A stretch of DNA of 64,000 nucleotides from Octopus sinensis (Eukaryota), in assembly GCF_006345805.1 (NCBI RefSeq), contig NC_043005.1:105276001-105340000 (forward strand). Direction: 5' to 3'. Position 1 is the stretch's first letter. Every line of letters begins with the position of its first letter. The notes below the pieces were generated by a model, which saw only the letters and a list, made by a program, of their open reading frames with translations, ran no database searches and had not been told where the DNA came from. The translations under genes and the position numbers were made by a program. Positions 1 through 12,778 of the stretch are shown in pieces.

Positions 1-669
1 TTGAAGTTATTCTGTATAAATTAATTTTTATTCTTCACTGACCAGAGACAAAGAGAAGGTAACAGGCAATGTTGTTTATGCAAGCAATAAAATGTTTAGA
101 ACATAAATTGCTTTAATTTAAATTCATCTAATTTTTCTTTCAAATTAAAAGTATATATTTTGCTATTTAGATATTTTTAAAAAAAGTTAATTAGGAGTGT
201 GCATGTTCAAGCGTGTCACACAATTTTTTATACAACAATTCATGTATATTCAATAAGTTATTGAGTACATAAGTATTTGCTACATGTGTGTGTATATGTA
301 TATATATATATATAATGAACATACATGTGAAAAAAGTTTGCAATTAATGAACCATTTCTCGTATGCTGTGGATGGTGGTCCTTTTAGATATGAATGTGAG
401 TGCATAGCAATTTTTCATAAAGTAAAGTTTCATGTGACCAATTGACACTGGAGGATGTGGAAGTAGAAAACTATAAAAAACATTATCAGCAGAACTAAAC
501 TATGATTATTATATAGCTCTCTCTCTCTCACTCACATACACACACACAAATGCAAACAACAACAAAAGAACCCATGGCAAAAATAAATGTAATGACCAGA
601 GACAGAGTGATTCCAATCCTGACAAGATTCACGAAGTCATTTTCACTATGTACAGTAAGGTTACCTTAC

Positions 670-712
670 CAAGGATCTCTTTAAATATTTGCTATTGTAT
701 TCTAGGCATAAA
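670..712 (-). CDS. Candidate internal coding exon of an unidentified host gene (xLCLEYNSKYLKRSL), 43 nt, phase 2 to 0
   Basis: Minus strand reads ttttaaattttattttatatag|TTTATGCC...GATCCTTG|gtaagg; exactly one frame is open. Confidence 0.5.
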
Positions 713-2444
713 CTATATAAAATAAAATTTAAAAAAGCCATAATGTTAAATAATGGACCTTGAAAACATTTCATCCTGAACTTGAGCTGTTTTAAGACAG
801 AGAATGTATCTTATCTCCCTTTGATTTCCCCCCTCCTCACTGTGTGTGTGTGTGCATCGCTGAATGCAAATTTATATAAGATTCTATTAAACATACACAA
901 ACTCACCAGGCACAAACAGAATGTTGGGTTAGATTACTAGCTTAGTACCTCATACTTTATGACTTCAAGCCCCAGTAAAATCAATTTTCCTTTGTGTATG
1001 TATTGTAAATATCTCTTTGATGTTTATCGGCAATTGACTAGTATTTTATTTTATTAACCCTGGAAGGATAAAAGATAAAGTTCAACTCTGTGGGATTTGA
1101 ACTCAAGATGCTTTTGTTCTGGTTCTTAATTATAACACATACTGCAAGGCATTTTGCCCAATGGTCCAGAAGGCTAAGTTGACCATGACAGGATTTGAGA
1201 AAGTAACCAGCCAAGACAGATACAGAGAGCATTTTCCCCAATGCTCTAGCAACTCTGTCAGTCAAATACTAACTGTGTCTATATTAGGCTTGAAATTGAG
1301 GGGAGGGAATTAGTCAGTTACATTAATCCCAGTCACTGACTGATAATAATAGTAATAGGTATTTTTTCTGCTCTATTACCACTGATTTACTGGTAAGAGA
1401 ACCAGAAAATTTTGACATGCATACTTCTCTTAAAATGACAACAGTAGCCTAAAATCTAATAGAGAATTGAATGGCATACATTCAATAGGAGCTGGTGTTT
1501 ACATCCACTATGTTTCTTCTTAAAAATAAGGGAGGATATTTTTGTTTTACAAACAGTAATAAACATGTAAAATTAAAACTGATCAAGGTTTTAAAATTCG
1601 TTTTTCTTTCTTAGCAAAACATCTAGAGATAGGAATGCATGCTGTTAGTGTTACATTCATCAGAATTGGTAAAATGCATACAAGGGGCCAGATTGATAAA
1701 GTCAGTTAAAGATGCCTTTTAGAAAATGTGTAGTCTTAGTCTAGAGAAAGAAATCAATGATAATCACTGACACAAAACTGGAAAGGAAATAGCTAACTGA
1801 AAAGACCCATATATAATGCTGGTTCATACTTTATTGACCCCTGAAGGATGAACAACAAAGATGGTTTCTGCAGGATTTGAATCCACAATGTAAAGGAGCT
1901 TCAATAAATTCATCATTCTGCAGGTACTATCATCCTATCACTCTACTAATAATGCTTTTTAACATTGGTACAAGGTCACACACTTTGGCAGGAGTGTAAG
2001 GTACAAGGTCATACATATTTAGGAAGGATGCTGTCAATTAGAGTGACCCCATTGATTAATATTTATTCTATTGATCCTGGTAAGAAAGATAAAAGGTAAA
2101 AATGAACCTTGGAGGGATTTGAATTCAGAATGCAAAGAACAATAGCTAAATACCATCTAAACAATTCTATATGTCGCTTCAGATTTCTCTAAGTGAAAGA
2201 AAGTTACTACAGTGAAGAATTGAAAACTTATGAATTCTGCTCACCTACTTAATACAAATACTTTAGAGCACTTCATAATTAAGTATAAAATAGAGCTTAA
2301 ATTAAAGTGAAGTGTGTGTGCATGAGAGAGTGAGAAATGATAAAGAGGAGGCTTGCTAAATTTCATGGCCACTTTAGACACTATCAAGCAGTGGCTGTTG
2401 CTGGTGATAGGAAAGGCATCAAAAGGCAGTACTACTACACTTAC

Positions 2445-2462
2445 GCACTTTCCTATACCAAT
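2445..2462 (-). CDS. Possible 18-nt microexon (IGIGKC or xWYRKV)
   Basis: gattattttctgttag|ATTGGTATAGGAAAGTGC|gtaagt; strong signals, but such pairs arise by chance in AT-rich introns. Confidence 0.2.
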
Positions 2463-3550
2463 CTAACAGAAAATAATCATCATGGCAACTTAGTTTGATT
2501 GGTGATTGGCCAACATTTCGTTAAGTTGTGTTATATGGACATATTAAACACATACAAACAGAGACATAGTTCTTTCTTTTGCTCACATATACACTGAGAA
2601 AAGCAAACTACCTTATACACACAAAAACACAAGCCAAAAATCATTGACAAATACACAACAATTCATACAAATATGCATAAAATATGGTAACTTAAGAACT
2701 AATCCTCTAATCTAAAATATAATGAATAATCAGAGAAAAAAGTGTGTGTGTGTATAGAGATATGTATGTATAATAAGTAATTTGCCTACATGCTAGGTTA
2801 GGCTATCTATTTTTTTATATATCAGCTTAACCCAGTAAAAAGAAACATGAAGAGATGATGTTAACAAATTTAGAAATTTCAACACATACATACAAATACG
2901 GAGACAGGAGAATATTTTTTAAGTAAAATCTACTCCATGCTCTAATATCTTGATATGACAGACAGAATATTCAGCAAGAGAGAAGTGAACGTAAATTTTT
3001 CTAAAAAAAAAATGTATACATATAATTATCATGTAGTGAGCAATGTAAGTTATCAACTCCAGATACACTGTTTATAAATTGGTTTCATGTCCTGGTTATA
3101 ACTATTTTCACTTATGCCAATAATTCACACAGGATAAAGGTGTGAATGCTGCATTATTTCATTTACCCTTCCTCTAAAAGTATTAGATTTTTGACTGGAA
3201 AGTAACCTATGATGTAGGGTAACATTTATGGGAGAGTAAAAGAGTGAAGAACTGAAGCAAACCTGGAGGAATGGGCCTCTCAGGGAATATATCACTTAAT
3301 GACATATAATGCCACTATTCTACACACAATAATGTTTCAGGGTTAAAGTAGTGACAAGCTGTGACAAATCATATACTCAGTTGTCCATATCTCTCAGTCT
3401 AGATGGTTTTTAGAAATGTAGCCACGTCTATGTATAGCTGTAACCTTTAAAGTGAGCAGCCGAGATCCTCTGTATTTATCAGAAGCTATTCCAGTATACA
3501 TTTCCTTGACTAACAGCATAAAAATATACTCATTCTCAAGTAGTGCTTAC

Positions 3551-3571
3551 TGGCAAGCTTGATGTATTTTA
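3551..3571 (-). CDS. Possible 21-nt microexon (xKIHQAC or xKYIKLA)
   Basis: ttttgacatttttcag|TAAAATACATCAAGCTTGCCA|gtaagc; the phase 2-2 reading would join the 670-712 exon as KIHQACHLCLEYNSKYLKRSL. Confidence 0.25.
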
Positions 3572-4780
3572 CTGAAAAATGTCAAAACAGTGAATAAAGT
3601 ACCATGAACTGACCAATCCTAACAGAAACCTGATTGTGAATTCATAAAAAGATTAATTACTAGAAAACATAGGATTGAAACTCTTTTCACTGATGCAGCC
3701 GGCACAGTACTACAATTACAAAACCTTTTGAGGTTTACATTCAAGAACATTAAAAAATAGGAGCAAAATCAAATAGCAACAATTATATGTAAAATCCTGA
3801 TCCTGGTTTTACTGATTACATCTATTTCTCAGTAACTAAACACATTTTTCTCTCCTTTTTCTCTCTCACACACACACGTGTGTATGTCTAGCAACACAAT
3901 CTGAATAAACTTGAACATTACTGATATTATTCCGGTTGGATTCTCATGTAATTTGGTAGAGAAATAATGAATAAAATTGTAAGTATTATAAATACATCAG
4001 CTTGCATGTATTTTTTCAAACATAAAATCAAGCTTCAATTAAACACAGGTAAATTTCTTGCTAGTGCAAACTTATAATGTCTGTACAGAAGAACAGTGAT
4101 TCATTGACTTTTACATCTGTGCTGCATGGGGAATATAGAAAGTTTAAAAAAAGAAAATATTTTAAAGTTAGAAAACTTAAAAAGAAACAGAGGTAACTAT
4201 TACTTCTCAAATTTTATTAATCATACTCGAATATAACAAAATAAGAATACAGTTTTCAGAGATGATCAAGCATTTGTATGAATTTTCTAAAGCATTAAAG
4301 TGCATTTAAAAAAATCTAATTGCACATCTTGACATCTTGTACATAAAATATAAACTTGTGATTATGGAGTTAGTATTCAAATACGATAACTTCAAAGTAA
4401 ACAACCACTGAGTTATGTAGCCTACTTTATATCATTATGTCCAAATCATGATAAAGCAACACTCCCTAGCCAATAATCGATTTCATAGGAAATAAATGAG
4501 TGAACTGGATTATATTAATATCAGTGCAGAACAATGAAACAAAGCAAAGTTATATAATTTGATATGGAAAATGAGATGCTTATACAAGTTTATAACTAAA
4601 GTAAGACACCACAAAAAAAGCCTGTTACATAAGATGCTGTGGTGCATGAAATAGTCAGTGTGTGTATGTGATTTCACTTAGGAATAGTCACACTAATAAC
4701 CTGGTGTTAGAACTTAATATACATATGCTGCAAAGCATCTGTCAAGTACAGAATAGTAATAAGAAATTGAAATGACAAAG

Positions 4781-4985
4781 GAACTTAATTAGCTTACAGC
4801 TGTTTCTCTTATGGAATGCAATGCACTCACAGTAGACTACTTGTGTATCAACCTATAGCTTCATTGGTTATTCAAAAATAAAGCATTTCATTTTTGAAGC
4901 TCTGATGAAGCTATAATGTGTTACATAAGTACTCTATGAGTGCATTGCATCTCATAACAGAAACAGCTGTAAGCTAATGAAGTTC
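4781..4985. repeat. ~205-bp imperfect palindrome (foldback element)
   Basis: Arm 4781-4867 (gaacttaattagcttacagctgtttctcttatggaatgcaatgcactca...tatagcttcat) is the reverse complement of 4902-4985 at roughly 80% identity; the spacer also pairs (ttcaaaaat/atttttgaa). Confidence 0.85.
4898..4975 (+). ncRNA. Minimal type-I hammerhead-ribozyme-like motif (Penelope-type), possibly degenerate
   Basis: agct-CTGATGA(4902-4908)-51 nt stem II region-GAAA(4960-4963)-C-agct-G-TA(4970-4971)-agct; 4-bp stem I and palindromic stem III loop present; stem II lacks the usual closing G-C pair. Confidence 0.4.
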
Positions 4986-5993
4986 ATGACATTTTAAAAA
5001 TATGGACAGATGTATCAAATTATAAAAAGAAAACCTACACAAAAGAAATAAAACAACTAAGTATTACTAACATTTTAATAATTAACAAGCAGAAAAGATA
5101 AACAACCTACTAAAAGCAATAACTGGATACAAATATCTAAAGTGAAACAATATGTATATATAATAAAATTACTATTTTAGAGCACATTTAAGAATTACAA
5201 TGGAACATTTACTGATGGTGTGTGACTCTACATAAAGGGTAAAATTTATTGCAAATATCAGATTAAGACTTCACAATATATTGCAAATGATAAATTATGG
5301 GATACGACATAATTTGTAAGAGAAAAGACAGAGGTAAATAAATGATGTTAAATCTAGAGTATATGGAGGCATCACAGTATATCTTGTATAATACATCTGA
5401 AACTACATACATTTGTGTTACCTGTCATATAACAAGTAATATTGGAAATATATTTTGCTACTGAGCAGTATCAAGTAATGTTTCCTGATGCAATAATTAT
5501 AATTTTAATTTTCTATTTCACAGCATTTATAGAAAATAATGAAAATGAGTAACGTTTTCATAATAATAATCATAATAACTATATATTACCTATAGCAATA
5601 ATACTGTTTAACTATAAGTTAATTAAATTTAAAATGTAACATTAATTCCAAATAATGCAATGTGACTTTTGTAGCATGACCAAGCAATCAACAATAAGTA
5701 TTATTAGAGCTGATGATGATGGATATTTAATATATTCCCTCACCACAGCCAATATCTATCTTTCTGTCTGTCTGTCTATCTATCTACACACACACACACA
5801 AATTGCATATGATCCCCTTGGGCTAAAACCTTTTTGATGACAATACTAGTTGATAACATTAAGCAAAAAAGTTAAGGTCCAACTGATTTTGGCAATAAAC
5901 CAGTTGAAAATAGCTAGATTTCATTTTATATGTATGTGTGTCTGTGGATATGTATATATGTACATATATATTTCACATGCACACATGTACAGT

Positions 5994-6182
5994 CATCATC
6001 ATCATCATTTGATATCCATATTCCATGCCTTGATGGGTTGGGTGGTTCAATAGAGTTAAAAGGCAGCATTAAGATCCAATGTCTGCTTTGGCATGGTTTC
6101 TACAGCCGGATGTCCTTTTTAATTCCAATCACTTTAGTGAGAGTACTGTGTGCTTTCTTTTTCATGGAACCAGCACAAGTGA
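5994..6182 (-). mobile_element. RTE-LINE 3'-tail-derived repeat
   Basis: Reverse complement of the motif gttaggaagggcatccagctgtagaaac...catggaa...gatgatgatg, also seen at 19853, 44775 and 47478. Confidence 0.6.
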
Positions 6183-6209
6183 GGTTACTTTACATCAGGT
6201 GCTGAGAGG

Positions 6210-6800
6210 CTAAAGTATGATAGAGGGATAGGAATGTCTTGCTACAGGGAAAGACACATGGCTAACCAAATAATAAAGGTGAGAAATGATGGTGGAGAAT
6301 ATGTGCCAGATTGCATCCACAAAGTGGAAGATGGCTAGGTGGGAAGCTTTAAGAGTGTGAAAAAAGAGTGATAGATGGCTAAAGATGAGGTAGAGGTGAA
6401 TACAGTGAATGGTGAGCAGGAATAAAGGGGCATACTCAATGGTTAATCTCTTTGGGAAGGGGAAGTAAAAGGAAATAACATGAGTGGGTGATATGTGGAG
6501 ATTAACATTATAATATACCCACTCCATACATAAAGAGGACAAATAGAAAGATGTGAAGGGGGTAGTTAACAGTGACAGAGCTGGAAGTGAGAGGTATGCA
6601 TGAGTGGATATAGGGACAAAAAAGGTGGGAGGGGTTGTCGATGGCCGACATGAGAGGGTGTTCAGGGAAAATAAAATGGTATGGGATGACGTTGAAAATG
6701 TGTGATGTGTGACAAGGGAAGTGGTTCCAAGGAGAGGGATAACCGGTAGCACAAAGAGGGGATGGAATATAATTTCAGTAACTGAGGAATAGTGCCGTAG
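6210..6800 (-). mobile_element. Possible degraded LINE ORF2-like fragment (C-rich sense strand)
   Basis: Non-microsatellite, GA-rich on +, long stop-free frame on minus; no diagnostic motif recognised; similar composition at 37640-38040 and 63040-63420. Confidence 0.2.
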
Positions 6801-7471
6801 TTTGAAAGGTGAAAGAGAGACGGGCACACATGTATACACATAAGTATATACATAAACAGAAATCTGTGTGTGTGTATATATATATATATTTGTGTGTGCA
6901 TTATGCATGTAAATGTTTGCATATAATATATATATGTATGTATTTATGCACATACAAGTACATCCTTACACACACATTATGTGTATTTGTGTGTACACGT
7001 GTGTGTGTGTGCGTGCGCACGCACTCATATAAAGTGAAAGAAAGACTAAGTCCTCTATGATATAAGAAGCAATCTATAGCACAAGCCATTCACTGTGGTA
7101 TTCTGTATTGCAAGTCCTTCCTACTTCTAAATGAAAACAACATTAATATAGGAGGAAGCAGTCATAGTAGCAGAACTGGAAGATGAAATAGAGGAATAAT
7201 TTTAGGAGGCAAAGGTGGAGGAAGTGAATCATTAACTGATATTACATGCGGGGGGGGGGTAGTAACAGGAGACAGAGCATATATGTACACATACACACAT
7301 CTATATACATACATAGACATACATCATCATTTAATGTCCGTTTTTTATAAATATATATATATTCAAATATATACATACACACACATATGCATACCCACAC
7401 ATTTGCTAAAATAGATCTTACAAGAACAATAATATTCTATCTGTAAAGAATTTTTTTTAAAAACTCGCATA

Positions 7472-7640
7472 GGTGCAAAAGTAGCTGTGTGGTAAAAGGC
7501 TTGCTTCCCAACCACATGGTTCCGGGTACAGTCCCACTGCATGGCAACTTGGGCAAGTGTCTTCTACAATAGCCTTGGGCTGACCAAAGCCTTGTGAGTG
7601 GATTTGGTAGACAGAAACTGAAAGAAGCCTGTTGTATGTG

Positions 7641-7685
<45 letters not shown>

Positions 7686-7883
7686 TTGTGTCTGTGTTTG
7701 TTCCACCACAGTTGTTTGGCAACCAATGTAGGTGTGTTTACGTCCCTGTAGCTTCAGCAAAAGAGACCGTAAGTACTACTACGCTTACAAACAATAAGTC
7801 CTGGGGTTGATTTGTTCGACTAAAGGTGGTACTCCAGCATGGCTGCAGTCAAATGACTGAAACAAGTAAAAGAATAAAAGAAT
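7472..7883 (+). mobile_element. Near-full-length tRNA-derived CORE-type SINE (octopus OK/OR-like; here family A)
   Basis: tRNA-like head (gctgtgtggtaa...ggttccgggtacagtccc), CORE-like cttgggcaagtgtctt, body ending gaaactgaaagaagcctgttg, internal (TG)n, tail ending gactgaaacaagtaaaagaataaaagaat. Confidence 0.85.
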
Positions 7884-8574
7884 AGGTATGTATATCTGAC
7901 CGTATATGTGTGTACATTTGGGCTAAAGAATCAGAAATGACATACTATCCAATAGTGTGCATGTGTAGTAAATGTGTATTTGTGAGTATGCAAAATGCAT
8001 AACAGGAAAGGATACTCAGAGCTGGAACATTTTTTTTCTCTTGATGATATTTGAACAACATCAAATACTTGGAGAGTGGTACTTATGTCACACAAGTACT
8101 TGCCACTGTTAAATATATTGTGTTGGTACGTTTTTCTCTCTGCAAAAATACTGGAACCACAATTAGGACTATCATATACATCTGCAACAATGAAATGCTA
8201 CTACTAAAAACAGTTAGCTGGTTTCATTATGAGATTGCATTTAGAAGGTGAAGCCTTGGTTTTGCCATACTGGTGTAAATTTTCATCATTAAAACTCATG
8301 AAAAGGATGTACAATGACTTAAAAGACAAAGGGAGCATAAAAGTTGAACAGGCATATAGTTCCTCGTATGGTGTTGACGATAACGTTCATGTGTGTTTAT
8401 TTACACAAACACATCAAGAGAAGAGAAGCTGAAGCTTGCAGATGAAGAAAAGCATAACTGATAAAACTGCACCAGAATAAGATTAGCACAGAACTATCAC
8501 TGCACTATCAACAAGACTGAAGCAAGACTAATTTCCTCTAAAATGCACACATGCACACAGGTATATAGTTGGTG

Positions 8575-8735
8575 CAGGCATGAGGCTGTATGATAATGAA
8601 GATCACCTCCAAAACATATGGCCTTGAGTTCAGTCTGTGTACCTCCTTGGGCAAGTGTCTTCCACTATAATCTTGAGACAAACAATGCTTTGTGAAAGGA
8701 TTTGGTAAACAGAAACTGAAAGAGATCCATTATGT
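8575..8735 (+). mobile_element. Family A SINE, degenerate head and body
   Basis: ccttgggcaagtgtcttccactataa...gatttggtaaacagaaactgaaagag. Confidence 0.65.
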
Positions 8736-10729
8736 ATATATGTATCATATTGCAAGCTTCTGTGTTTACTTTGCTTCTCTGGCAAGTGGTTGTCTGTCGG
8801 CTTTGAGGCATCAATGAAATGTGGAATGAGATCCCTTACTTGAAAGGTAGGTAAAGATTATTTACAAGAGGAGTAACTGGCTACAAAACAATACCTTATA
8901 ATCATTTGTCTAAACCAGAGCCTGAAGAGAAAAGATTAGGCATAATGTTTAGTGCAGAAGTGAAGAAGTTAGGCACATCAAGACTGATGTGAAGAGGAAA
9001 GATGAGGGTGTCATACCTTTACTATTCAGGAGATGCCTGAATGGTAAATGTATAGGACCAGCCAGTTCTAAAGAATAGAGGCCATTATAGAGGTAGAGAG
9101 GAGACAGCGGGTGTGTAGGCCAGAGATTGAAGGGTGTCTGTTAATGATTTAACACCAATTAATTGAATCACTCTGCTGGATGCAGTTCAAACTGTGTGCA
9201 TAGTAACAACATGGTCTCTCACTGTAATAAAAATTCTTTGTAACATATGACTCTTTCTATAAGGAAAATGAATGTAATTACTGAGTTCAATCCTCAGTAT
9301 ATTATTGACACTTATTTTACTAACCAAGGAATGATAAAAGACAAAACTCAGTTGGATAATGAACACATAAACAAGAAGCCCTAAGTAGACACTGTCATGT
9401 ATATTTCCCTATTCTACCAAAGTAGCAACACCTCAAAAGTTCCAACAACAATTATGTAAACATCAATCTTAAATTCATAACAAAAGTGTAGAACCTGAGG
9501 AAGTCAGTGATGTTTTGTAACAATAAAAATTAGACTAAATTTTATGGTCAGAAGAGGAAGAGAAGAAATCTAACATTTTGACAAAAAAATTTTGCAGCTA
9601 ACAGTTTTTGTTGGTGAAAGTATATATTTTACTTTACAATCGATAACAACTCGGATAAGCTGTGTTATGTTCAGCTATTACAGTAGCATACATTATACAC
9701 AGGACTAAAGATTAAAAGATTTAAAAGAATTTTCAATAAAACATTACCATTTTTAGCATAAGCACCTGAAGAATACATGACTGATATGACTGATTAAGTA
9801 ATTATCATAGTGACACATAAATAATAAGAGCAAAAAGATAACATTTCCAAAAAAAGATAATATTGATTTAATAATAGAGAACTGGATATTTATAATAATG
9901 ATAAATAACATGCAAAATAATGTATGCTAATGTACAGGTGTGTGTATGTATGTGGTGTATCATGTGTCAGATGCAGAAGTGCTCTCTATCTCTCTTTCTC
10001 CTCACTTTTTTTCTCAAACACATCTATGCCTCTACATACACATTTGACTCCTAGTTCTGCTTATTCTGAAGCAGTAAGAAATGAATCTTACAACAGAATC
10101 TCAGAAATATGTTATAAGAAAAATACACAAATAACAGCATCTATTTAAATGAATTTCAAAATGATTTAATTTAATCTCAACTTCTGAAACAAGATTTTTC
10201 AAAACCAGCAGCAATTCAAATCAGCCTGAAAATATATTTATGTGAAATGAACTAACAAAAACTTTAAAAAAAATTTTTTTTTATAGGAAAAAAGTTAGTA
10301 TATGTACATTTTTTAATGAAAAAAGTACACATAAACATTCACACAAATGTTTATGTGAATTTTGAAATCTATATAAGAGTACAAGCTTTGTACTAATTAA
10401 TACACAATTGTATACAATGTTGGTTGCTATCAATATTTAATTTACAGTTCTACAATGGAATAAGTACATTAAAAGTAGAATCAAGAATTGGATTTAAGAA
10501 CAATGTACTATGACAAAGATAGGCAGTATTTATTAAGAATTTGAATTTTAAAAACAAAATCTTAGATAATTTGCTTTCTAAATACAAACATAGTATTTAG
10601 AAATATTTTCTAACTTAGTTTAACATATATACCAACTGAAATATTTTTGTTTTTACTTGCATGTATATTCCCACATAACTTATGTGGCTGATATATATGT
10701 ATATATACATACAGGCTGTGAAATTTGAT

Positions 10730-11110
10730 TATTAGAAATGTGGTTTCATGTTCAGCCTCTAAGTAAGGTACCTTGGGGAAAGTGTGGGCAAGTGTCTTCT
10801 ATTATATTCCCAGGCTAACTATACTTTGCATAGGAATCCAATGTAACTTCAAGACACCTGTCATATACCTATTTATATACACACACAAATGGAAATGGGT
10901 GTTAAATGGTCATGATGATAATTCATCTATCCACCTATCTTTATAGACATGCAAAATTTGTAAAAAGTTTGCTTTCCAAACATATGACTTTGGGTTCACA
11001 TACACTGCAAGGCACCTTAAGCATATAAGCTTCTATATGGCCCTAGGCCAAATAAAACCTTGTGAGATGGTCTGATACATGGAAACTAAAAGAAGTCCAG
11101 CATTTACAAA
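10730..11110 (+). mobile_element. Two tandem degenerate family A SINE bodies
   Basis: gggcaagtgtcttctattata at ~10787 and gcaccttaagc...ggaaactaaaagaagtcc at ~11010-11100. Confidence 0.55.
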
Positions 11111-11429
11111 TACAGATGTGTGTGTGCACATGTATGTGGCTGATATCTGTAAACAAGTATCACCACCTTACAAGCAGTGCATTGCATGTACTTCCACTTC
11201 TCCATGATACATATCGAGCCATATGGAAATTTAACCTTACTGGAAAACAGGTGAGAGTTACTAATGAAAGGAGGGATCTATCCACAGAAAATCTACCTTG
11301 ACACCTTCCATCTGCCCTATGCAAGTATGGAAAAGAAGGCGTCAAAACAATGGTATATGGATACAAGCATGCATATATATATGTGTGTGTGTGCGTGTGT
11401 GTACCTAATATTACTGTAAAATTTGTGCA

Positions 11430-11685
11430 AAGACTGGGAAAGTTAAGTACCACTTGGACCCCCTCCCTAAAATCACTGGATCACCTTATAAGCAAACATT
11501 TATGGTGCATTTTGAGGCAGCAAGTGAAAAAGCCCTTCCATAAGCCATCGTTGCTGAAAGAGCTGAAGCAGGTTTTATTCAAAGAATAGCTTAAAATTCC
11601 CCTAACAATTAAGAACCTGTACAAGTCAATTCCTCAACATATTAAAGCTGTGATTGATGCAAAAAGTAAACCAACTTCATATCAG
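11430..11685 (+). mobile_element. Tc1-family transposase C-terminal remnant
   Basis: Translates with a stop as ...SKHLWCILRQQVKKPFHKPSLLKELKQVLFKE*LKIPLTIKNLYKSIPQHIKAVIDAKSKPTSY, matching the Tc1 C-terminal pattern LW..L...V...(W)..IP...I.NL..S.P.RI.AVI.A.G.PT.Y. Confidence 0.7.
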
Positions 11686-12244
11686 TCAATAAAACTCCCA
11701 TTTTGTTCAACCTTTGTATATACACATGCGTACATATGCACGTATGTATGTGCACATATATGAATATACACAAATGCACACACACACATATATACATGTA
11801 CATATGTATCAGATATGTATGTACATATATAAACATACATATTTATTCTTAAAAATAAATTTTCTAAATTTCATTAACAAATAGGATTATATTTGAAAAG
11901 AGAACAAACAATACAAGGAGAATCATGCTCCTCCCTCATATTGGGAACAAAAAGCCACATATGTGGAAAACCAGCTTAAAAAGAAATCTCTTTTCAGTTG
12001 AATGTCAAAAGAAATGAAAATAGATATAGCTTCTTTGTACTAAAAAGGTGACCTTTAGGATAAGAGAACTTTTCAAAACAATCAAATATATAAATGAAGA
12101 AATTATTTACTGATAGAGGTTGGAAATATTCTTGGGTTTTCATTACTTGATAGTAGTGAAATGCAAAACTGAAGGGAAAAAAATCTAAATACCTTGACAT
12201 GAATCACAAAATAACAGAAATATACATCAACTATAGTCCACCAT

Positions 12245-12778
12245 TATGGACAACACCTACTTCTCTAGTAGAGAGATGTTTGTTCACTACAATTCAGCCC
12301 TTTCACTCGATGCCAAAATAGGATATACCAAAAATGAACTTACACGCATCCAGAGCAAGTGCAGTAGGACAGAGGATGAGGTGACCCACACCACACATTT
12401 CCCAGAATTATTGAAAACCAACGGGTACCCTATATCCGTTGTGAATCAGCTTAAGTACCTGAGACAACAAACTCACCAAACACAGAAAACCCAGCAGCAA
12501 CACGTGCTTCCTTAAAATACCCTATTTTAGCAAGAGGATACCTACAGTCATCCTAAGACCATAAGAAGAGAAGGATTAGACATACAACCAGCACACTCTG
12601 GTCCCTCCCTGAGAAGACACCTAGCAAAGAAACGAACAAGGGACAGCAATCAATGCTCACTAGCTAACTGCCACATCTGTGATACAGATTTATGCCAACA
12701 GGTAAATGTTGTATATAGAATCCAATCTAACTAATGCAACAATTTCTATGTGGGTAGCACAACAAGACCATTAAACAT
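12245..12778 (+). mobile_element. Penelope-like retroelement remnant (RT thumb/linker plus GIY-YIG endonuclease)
   Basis: VHYNSA...LLKTNGYP...; then LKIPYFS...NCHICDTDLCQQVNVVYRIQSN*CNNFYVGSTTRPLN, i.e. Cys motif plus VY...YVG.T.R.L; frameshifted. Confidence 0.8.

Noticed and set aside
7472-7545. tRNA-like sequences at SINE heads
   Set aside because: Only A/B-box-like heads fused to SINE bodies; no cloverleaf, so not tRNA genes
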